Shown here: positions 56,060-64,000 of the stretch, in pieces | Position numbering within the stretch: position 1 is the stretch's first letter | Layout: every line of letters starts with the position of its first letter | From: Octopus sinensis | Taxonomy: Eukaryota | NCBI RefSeq assembly: GCF_006345805.1 | Contig: NC_043011.1 | Span: forward strand, 3,100,001-3,164,000 | Reading direction: 5' to 3' | DNA length: 64,000 nt | Program-made: the position numbers and the translations under genes | The notes under the pieces: model-generated | Seen by the model: the letters and a program-made list of their open reading frames with translations, nothing else | Databases searched by the model: none | What the model was told of the DNA's origin: nothing

Positions 56060-56442
56060 TGGAGGCGCAATGGCCCAGTGGTTAGGGCAGCAGACTCGTG
56101 GTCATAAGATCGCGGTTTCGATTCCCAGACCAGGCGTTGTGAGTGTTTATTGAGCGAAAACACCTAAAGCTCCACGAGGCTCCGGCAGGGATGGTGGTGA
56201 TCCCTGCTGTACTCTTTCACCACAACTTTCTCTCACTCTTACTTCCTGTTTCTGTTGTACCTGTATTTCAAAGGGCCGGCCTTGTCACTCTCTGTGTCAC
56301 GCAGAATATCTCCGAGAACTACGTTAAGGGTACACGTGTCTGTGGAGTGCTCAGCCACTTACACGTTAATTTCACAAGCAGGCTGTTCCGTTGATTCAGA
56401 TCAACCGGAACCCTCATCGTCGTAATCGACGGAGTGCTTCCA
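56060..56442 (+). mobile_element. SINE family B1 inserted in (TA)n
   Basis: A box and B box in the head; matches 36084-36465. Confidence 0.93.
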
Positions 56443-56469
56443 CATATATATATATATATATATAAATAT

Positions 56470-56687
56470 ATAAAGTTAATCCAAACATGAAAACACAAAG
56501 AGAAAACAGAACAATGCGAGGACGTGGAACAAGTATAATATTATTGGACGCTCAGGAAAGAAGGAAAGAAGGATGGTTTAATGTTTCGAATGGAGCTCTT
56601 CATCAGAAACATAGGAAAAGGAAAGATCCAAAGATGGGAAGACGGAAGAAAAAATATCGCCAATGGTACACACGGGGTCACATTTTG

Positions 56688-56690
<3 letters not shown>
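56470..56690 (-). mobile_element. Penelope-LTR-like fragment between (TA)n tracts
   Basis: Contains a minimal hammerhead motif; near the Penelope ORF remnant and in the same orientation. Confidence 0.6.
56576..56610 (-). ncRNA. Minimal type I hammerhead ribozyme motif
   Basis: GTTT-CTGATGA-A-GAG-CTCCA-TTC-GAA-ACAT-T-AAAC; the expected ACGT stem III reads ACAT. Confidence 0.7.
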
Positions 56691-56724
<34 letters not shown>

Positions 56725-56914
56725 ATATACATGAATATATAGGAAGTGTAAGCAGATGAGATCAAGAGATTCTCATCACAGAAAAAACCTAGTAGTGCTC
56801 AAATGATTTCAATTCGTACTCCAAAACTTTTACTAAAGGCCATGACTATCAGAGGAATCTAGGTGAGCAGATATGGGGATAATGATGCAAATAAACAAAT
56901 AAAACTGTTTGGGT

Positions 56915-57070
56915 TAGGCTGTGTGGTTAGGGAGCTTGCTTCCTAGCTACATGGTTTCGGGTTCAGTCCCACTGCGTGGCACTTTGGGTAGGTGTCTTCC
57001 ACTATAGCCCCGAGCCAACCGAAGCTTTGTGATTGAATTCGGTAGGTGGAAGTTACTGCCGTGTGTGTAT
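56915..57070 (+). mobile_element. SINE family A head only
   Basis: Alignment by eye. Confidence 0.8.
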
Positions 57071-57389
57071 GTGTGTGTATAGCTGCTCAGTGCCTCTCCG
57101 AAAGAGAGAGAGAGGGATATATATATATACATGTATACATGTAAATAGAGAGAAAGTAAAAACTGAAAACCTTCAGTAACATCTGTTGGACTTTCGACAC
57201 CACACCTCCTTTTCTTCCTTTAATTTTCTTTGAAGAGGCAGTCCCATGTCTACTTAAAAACTTTTTATTTTCTCTGTCTTTGTTTCTCTGTGTATGTTTG
57301 TGCTGTTAATATATAAATATCTATTTATTTAAACTTAAAATTTATCTGTCTGTCTATCTATCTATCTATCTCCTATCTATCTATCTATA

Positions 57390-57428
<39 letters not shown>

Positions 57429-57697
57429 ATGTATATATATTTATATTCTGTATATCTAACCAAAGCAATTTTATTCATTCATCTGCATCATTATGTGCAT
57501 GTGTGTGTGGGGGGTATATACTTACACACACATATATACATATGCATATACATACATATATATATATATATATACATGTATGTATGTATGTATGTATTTT
57601 TTAAAAATTTTATCTAGTTTCAGCTCACGAGCTGTGGCCATGCTGGGGAACCGCCATGTATGTATATTTATATATATATGAACACATATATACATGC

Positions 57698-57734
<37 letters not shown>

Positions 57735-57767
57735 ATGTATATACATACATATATATATATATACATA

Positions 57768-59040
57768 TTAAGATGCACCAAGTGTAAGCTATGAACACAT
57801 AAGAGGTGCAGCAATGTCAAAGGAAGGCTAACTAGGAAGATGGTTTTTGTATGTGGCAGATGCTCAGGAACAATAAACACTGAAAATGCTCTGAGACCAA
57901 CTTCCGTCACTTTCCAGGGAGAAAAACTAGAAATAGTTGATAGTTTCCGTTACCTAGGTGACCAAGTCAGCAGCGGGGGTGGGTGTGCTGAAAGTGTAAC
58001 TGCTAGAGTAAGAATAGCTTGGGCAAAGTTCAGAGAGCTCTTACCTCTGCTGGTGACAAAAGGCCTCTCGCACAGAGTAAAAGGCAGACTGTATGATGCA
58101 TGTGTACGAACAGCCATGCTACATGGCAGTGAAACATGGGCCGTGACTGCTGAGGATATGTGTAAGCTCGCAAGAAATGAAGCCAGTATGCTCCAATGGA
58201 TGTGTAATGTCAGTACTCATACTCTGCAGAGTGTAAGTACCTTGAGAGAAAAGCTGGACCTAAGAAGCATCAGTTGTGGTGTGCAAGAGAGACGTTTGCG
58301 CTGGTATGGTCATGTGGCGAGAATGGATGAAGATAGTTGTGTGAAAAAGTGCCACACCCTAGCGGTTGAGGGAACCTGCAGAAGAGGCAGACCCAGGAAA
58401 ACCTGGGATGAGGTGGTGAAGCACGACCTTCGAATTTTAGGTCTCACTGAGGAAATGACTAAAGACCGAGACCTCTGGAAGTGTGCTGTGTGCGAGAAGA
58501 CCAGGCAGGACAAGTGAGTCCATAACCTGTGGCCTTCTACATGGGATGGAGCCAGCCTACGTATACATACCTTCCCTTCTTGGGACACAAAACTCTACTT
58601 GTGAAGACCTGTTGAGGCAAGTGAGGATCAGAATCGAAATCGCTCAACGGAAATTGCAGATGTGTTACCAGTGCTGGTGGCATATAAGAGAACCATCCGT
58701 TTGCGACCGCTGCCAGTGCCGCCCCGACTGGCCTCGTGCCGGTGGCACATAAAAAGCACCATCCGTTCATGTCCATTGCCAGCCTCGCCTGGCCCCGTGC
58801 CGGTGGCACATAGAAAGCAAAATTCGTTCGTGGCCGTTTGCCAGCTCTGTCTGGCACCTGTGCAGGTGGCACGTAAAAAGCACCCACTACACTCACGGAG
58901 TTGTTGGCGTTAGGAAGGGCATTCAGCCGTAGAAACACTGCCAGATCTGGCTGGGCCTGATGAAGCCTTCTGGCATCACAGACCCCAGTTGAACCGTCCA
59001 ACCCATGCTAGCATGGAAAACGGACGCTAAACGATGATGA
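57768..59040 (+). mobile_element. 5'-truncated RTE-clade LINE (partial PHD finger, RT C-terminus, 3' UTR, GAT tail)
   Basis: FRYLGDQVSSGGGC...ARVRIAWAKFREL...LHGSETW...RRLRWYGHVARM...GRPRKTW. Confidence 0.93.
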
Positions 59041-59511
59041 TATGTATATACATACACACATACATGGTGGCTGCCCCCTCGTTATCAAGTATGGCCATTG
59101 CACGAAGCTTTATCAATGTTGTTATCGTGCAATACCTGTGCAAGAAGATTTTTTAAAAAGTGATCCTTTCCTCACATACATACATTCATACATATATATA
59201 TGTATTTTTATATATCTATATATTTATATATTACTTTATATTTTTACGTGTTTATTATTCTAGGTGTTGTAATGTTTTTAAAAAAATATATATTTCTTAA
59301 TCACTAAAATATTACCTTTTAACCGTGATGAACTGTATTCACACATTTTTCTTGCATTTTCTTATATGCTTGTACTGATGAGTTATGTTTCTTCTTCCGT
59401 GATGTTATACATGTATATTCTATGTGAAAGAAAAAGCATTATGTGATTAAATGTTCGAGATATGAAATGTTACGTGGATGACCTTGTATTTCTTTGTTCT
59501 GCAACCACAGT

Positions 59512-59515
59512 TTAA

Positions 59516-59573
<58 letters not shown>

Positions 59574-59603
59574 CATATATACATATATATACATGTATAT
59601 ATG

Positions 59604-59659
<56 letters not shown>

Positions 59660-59712
59660 TACATATATATACATGTATATATGTATATATATATGTATAT
59701 ATATATATATAT
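59512..59712. repeat. (AT)n compound tract with an ~80-bp internal duplication
   Basis: Direct reading. Confidence 0.9.
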
Positions 59713-59739
59713 AGGTATGTATGTATATGAAAATACATG

Positions 59740-60200
59740 GTGGCATATATCATGTTGTAAGGGAAGAGCACCGATTGCCATAATTTCCCAAGTCAGGTGT
59801 AATATTCTTGGGTCATTCTATCTTTATACACATCACCATGATATGATGTTTTCATCAATACCTAGGTATCTGTAGCATTCTTTTTGTGAAACAAGGGATA
59901 GAGAGGAATAGTTACTGCACAGCTTCTGAGTTTAAGGAAGTGATTTTTCTCATGCAACCATTTACAAATATTTCTTCTGGTGAAATTCCACCCCTATGCC
60001 AGCTGAAAATATGGTTACTAACTCCAGCTGTTATTTAACATTGTAAACATATTTATTATAAATCTTCAGGTCATCCACAAAGAAATGAAGGATTATATTT
60101 GCTTCTTCACCAGTTGCAGACTCTAATTGGGTAACTATTAGATTTTCATAACAGAAGTGGGAATAGATTTAATGCCAAAATAGACAGAATTACAGAAAAA
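59740..60200 (-). mobile_element. R4/REL-type LINE RT fragment
   Basis: Minus frames give HFFVDDLKIY and RYLGIDENI...RMTQEYYT. Confidence 0.7.
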
Positions 60201-60210
60201 CTACTTCCTT

Positions 60211-60489
60211 AAAAATAGAAATAATATATTTCTAAATATCTCAGAGATATTTATGCAGTAGTGGTACGATAAAGTAGTTGCATATTGTCAACTTAATGTG
60301 ACAGTCCCATGAAGGGAACCATACTACTGCTATTTAGCCCTAGGAAGCAGCAATGCTTCCTGTCAGCCTTGACACATTTGCTGTATCCTTATGTTTACAA
60401 GGGGGAGATTGACAGTATACAACTACTTCATAGTACCACTACTGCATAAATCTCTCTGAGATATTTAGAAATGTATTATTTCTATTTTT
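60211..60489. mobile_element. Foldback with 81-bp arms, part of the hammerhead-bearing repeat
   Basis: 60211-60291 is the reverse complement of 60409-60489 with about 6 mismatches; 60269-60409 is the reverse complement of 61893-62024. Confidence 0.88.
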
Positions 60490-60522
60490 GTAATCAGTGA
60501 ATGTATTTCACTAGAATCCTTA

Positions 60523-61771
60523 CGAGGGGCGTTCAATAAGTAATGCCCCTGACACACTTGCAGTTGCATGTGCACTTATTTATATCTCTATAGATGAAGT
60601 GGCGAATTACAGCTCTGAACTAATTGTGGTTTCTGACTTATAGGTGTTTGAACCGAGTCAAGTGTGAAATGGAGCCTGTTGAGTGTCGAGCAGTGATCTG
60701 GTTTTTGTATTTGAAAGGACGCACACCACGGGAGACTTTTGATGAAATGAAAGTAACTTATGGTGATGATGCCCCATCCTATGACCTTGTAAAACGCTGG
60801 CATTGTGAATTCACACATAGTCGGAACTCTGTGGAAACAGCTCCCAGATCTGGTCGCCCCCTTCTGCCGTTGATGAGACATCTGTCCGTCAAGTTGAGGC
60901 TGCCATTTTGGAAGGTCAACGCATAACTATTTGCCAAATAGCCCATAAGGTCAAGATTAGTACCGGGTCTGTGGAAACTATCATTCATGACCATTTGCAT
61001 ATGCAAAAGGTGTCTGCCAGATGGAATTCCAGGTTGCTCACACCTTTCCAGAAGCAAGAACGCGTTGAGTGCTCGTGGATGAATTTGGAGATGTGCCAAG
61101 AAGATGAGTCAAAATTTTTCAAAAGACTGATCACACAGGATAAAACCTGGGTCCATCACTATGATCCATAGACCAAAGCCCAGTCAATGCAGTGAAAGCA
61201 CCGTGACTCACCTCCTCCAAAGAAGGCAAGGGTGCAGCCCTCCGCTGACAAAGTTATGCTCACAGTCTTCTGGGACCAGGACGGAGTAGTGATGACAGAT
61301 TTCCTGGCAAAGGGTACCACAATTACAGGAGCCTATTATGCTTCACTTTTGAGGAAATTAAGAGAAGCTATCAAAATCAAGAGGCGGGGCAAGATCAGCA
61401 AAGGCATCCTCCTCCTGCAGGACAACGCTCCAGTCCACAACTCGCGTGTCACCAGATCAGAAGCACAGGTGTGCAGCTATGAACTCCTCCCCTTGCACCC
61501 TCTGATTTTCACCTCTTCCCAGCCATGAAGTTGATTTTGAAAGGAAAGCGTTTCCCAGATGATGCAGCCTTGATTTCTGAAGTCACGTCGTGGTTGGAGG
61601 ACCAAGCTGGGGTCTTCTACAAAAACGGTCTCCAGAGCTGTATCAAACGATGGGAGAAATGCATAACTCTGGGTGGTTCCTATGTAGGAAAAGACTAATA
61701 ACTGTGCCAAGTTTCGTTGCTCTACAGCTATGGGAAGTGGGTCAGGGGCATTACTTATTGAACGCCCCTCG
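60523..61771 (+). mobile_element. Full-length (1249-bp) defective mariner, irritans-like
   Basis: Perfect 31-bp TIR cgaggggcgttcaataagtaatgcccctgac, TA duplication, motifs WVHHYDP, KVMLTVFWD, LLQDNAPVH; frameshifts, stops and loss of the YSPDLAPSD segment. Confidence 0.96.
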
Positions 61772-61790
61772 TATATGTTTGCAAGGGCTA

Positions 61791-61895
61791 GATAGGCATC
61801 TCCAGCTAGCAAGCCATGCTACTCAAGACTGATGATGAGCAAAGACTCAGAAACTAGTCTCTGGTTGCAGGCTTAGCTGGGTGGAGGTGCTTATC
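61791..61895 (+). ncRNA. Type I hammerhead ribozyme with intact core and extended stem I
   Basis: AGA-CTGATGA(61829-35)-TGAG-CAAAGA-CTCA-GAA-ACTAGT-C(61859)-TCT; the outer helix 61791-61803 pairs with 61883-61895. Confidence 0.82.
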
Positions 61896-62446
61896 TCCCC
61901 CTTGTAAACATAAGGACACAGGAAATGTGTCAAGGCTGACAGGAAGCGTTGATGCTTCCTAGGGCTAAATAGCAGTAGTATGATTCACTTTTCACATTAA
62001 GTTGACAGTATACAACTACTTTATTTCTTCAAAATATTCCCTTTAAGAACATTTATAACATCAGAGATAATCCTATCACCCTCAATTGTAAGTGTGAGGA
62101 ACTGTTGTCCAGGTCTTTGTAGATCTCTCAGTATCCAACTATTAGTTCTTTTCCATGTAATTTCCTATTATGCCGTTTGCTTACAGCTATGGTGAAAATT
62201 TGCAGAATTCTACAGCATCATTTGAAGGTTTTAATGAAATAGCAAGTTGAGTTTCATTTAATACTGCTTGAATTTTCAGAGCCAGTGTTCATATTTGCTT
62301 CAATTGTATGACTTATCTACGCTCTCTGTTTTTTTAATGATAATAAGTGAATAAGGAACATGATACAAATATCTTCATTCCTCTATGTGAGTGTGTTTGT
62401 GTGTTGATCAATTAACCCTCGGCCCATCGGTTGATAAAGCCATACC

Positions 62447-62678
62447 TATTTCTTTACTACCCACAAGGGGTTAAACACAGAGGGGACAAACAAGGACAGA
62501 CTCACGGATTAAGTTGATTACATCGACCCCAGTGTGTAACTGGTACTTATTTAATCGACCCCGTAAGGATGAAAGGCAAAGTCGACCTCGGTGGAATTTG
62601 AACTCAGAACGTAATGGCAGACGAAATACGGCTATGCATTTTGCCCGGCATGCTAATGTTTCTGCCAGCTCGCCGCCT
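62447..62678 (-). mobile_element. SINE family C (reference copy)
   Basis: Head ggcggcgagctggcagaaac...gagttcaaattcc. Confidence 0.92.
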
Positions 62679-63199
62679 TATAAAGCCATACCATCACTTC
62701 TTGATCTGCGACCTAGTCTGCATTAGACAAGTGGTATGCTATGTATCAGTAGAGGTTATGTATTTTAAGCAAACTCATAGTGCAGGTCATTCAGTGACAA
62801 CATGAGGACAAATCAAGCAATAGCATTGGGGACAGGTGGAGAAAGCTACGGGGGGGGGGGGTCTGTAGCTTGAGCTTTTTTCATATGGTGATATGAAGTA
62901 GATGGCTGTTCAGTGAAACTTATGAGGGCAATTTCACAATGTCTCTTCTTTGATCTTCAGAGCAGCCTATTTAGGATGGCACTGTTTTCTCTCGTGTGGA
63001 GAGGGGCTAGAAAAGGTGCCCTAGAAATTGTTTGCTCACACTATCCAGTCATTATACTGCAAATAACTGGAATTTCAAGAATGTAGTTGAAAAATATGAG
63101 AAGACGAAGGATAAAGTGGGGGGAAACAAATATGAGTACAGTAGGTTGGAACATACATACACTCCAGGACCACAAGAAAATGGAGTACAAAACAATACT

Positions 63200-63425
63200 T
63201 ATAAAAGTAAAAATCTTAGTATTGCTGCTCTTTCAGAGACAAGGCTACCAGGTCCTGGTCAGCTGAATGAAATAGTTGGAGGATACACTTTCTTCTGGAT
63301 TGGTAAATCCGAAGTGGAATAATGGGAATATTTGTGGGTTTCACTATTAATAATGTTATCGTACATTAACTAGAATCTTTACCAAATAGAATTAATTATT
63401 GTCTTACATCAATGGAATTAATGAT
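63200..63425 (+). mobile_element. RTE LINE AP-endonuclease N-terminal fragment
   Basis: NLSIAALSETRLPGPGQLNEIVGGYTFFWIGK. Confidence 0.85.
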
Positions 63426-63427
63426 TG

Positions 63428-63725
63428 CCGTACTTATTCTATCGGTCTCTTTTGCTGATTGTCAAGCAGTGATGGGGGGACAAACACAGACACAAAGGCA
63501 CACACGCACACTTTGATGTGAGGAAAAATATAGACAAAGGCACATACACACACATTTATAAATATACAAAGGACTTCTTTCAGTTTCTGTCTACCAAGTC
63601 CACTCACAAGGCTTTGGTTGGCCCAAGGCTATATTAGAAGACACTTGCACAAGATGTCACACAGTGGGAGTGAACTTGGAACCACGTAGTTAGGAAGCAA
63701 GCTTCTTTCCACACAGCCATGCCTG
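63428..63725 (-). mobile_element. SINE family A (internally deleted)
   Basis: Alignment by eye. Confidence 0.8.
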
Positions 63726-63894
63726 TGTATGTATTACATCTTTATATTTATTCATTATTACATATCTTAAAGATTTCATTTCATTTTTCTCATATGATCG
63801 TGTATATGTCTGTGTGTGAGTGAATCTACATTTTATGAATATAAATATATGTTTTTACATATACCTATACATACACACAAATTTATTTCTATTT

Positions 63895-63907
63895 ATCTTT
63901 CTGTCTG

Positions 63908-63990
<83 letters not shown>
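63895..63990. repeat. (ATCT)n tetranucleotide microsatellite
   Basis: Direct reading. Confidence 0.97.
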
Positions 63991-63991
<1 letters not shown>

Positions 63992-64000
63992 CACCCACAT

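Noticed and set aside
56060-56135. tRNA-like sequences at the SINE heads
   Set aside because: A/B boxes are present, but each continues into a conserved SINE body and lacks a clean acceptor stem; not tRNA genes.
58671-58890. Regularly spaced palindromic repeats resembling a CRISPR array
   Set aside because: The spacers are mutually similar and the array is the 3' UTR of an RTE LINE in animal DNA.

Overview
AT-rich, repeat-saturated animal DNA, most likely octopus (inferred from SINE/LINE families I recognise from memory and from the microsatellite load). No complete host gene is visible, and nearly all ORFs in the track are translated microsatellites or antisense repeat frames. The window is a mosaic of three tRNA-headed SINE families (about 25 copies), RTE and R4/Dong-type LINE fragments, a Penelope-like element (RT plus GIY-YIG), a full-length defective mariner and MITE/HINE-type elements. 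A CpG-rich promoter-like region lies at about 28.9-29.85 kb and a candidate signal-peptide exon at 50.6 kb. The most interesting signal is a set of type I hammerhead ribozyme motifs. The best one (61791-61895) has an intact core and an extended stem I. It sits in a ~342-nt circularly permuted, retrozyme-like monomer that a mariner insertion has split and that is preceded by an inverted partial copy. All calls were made by eye, with no database searches.
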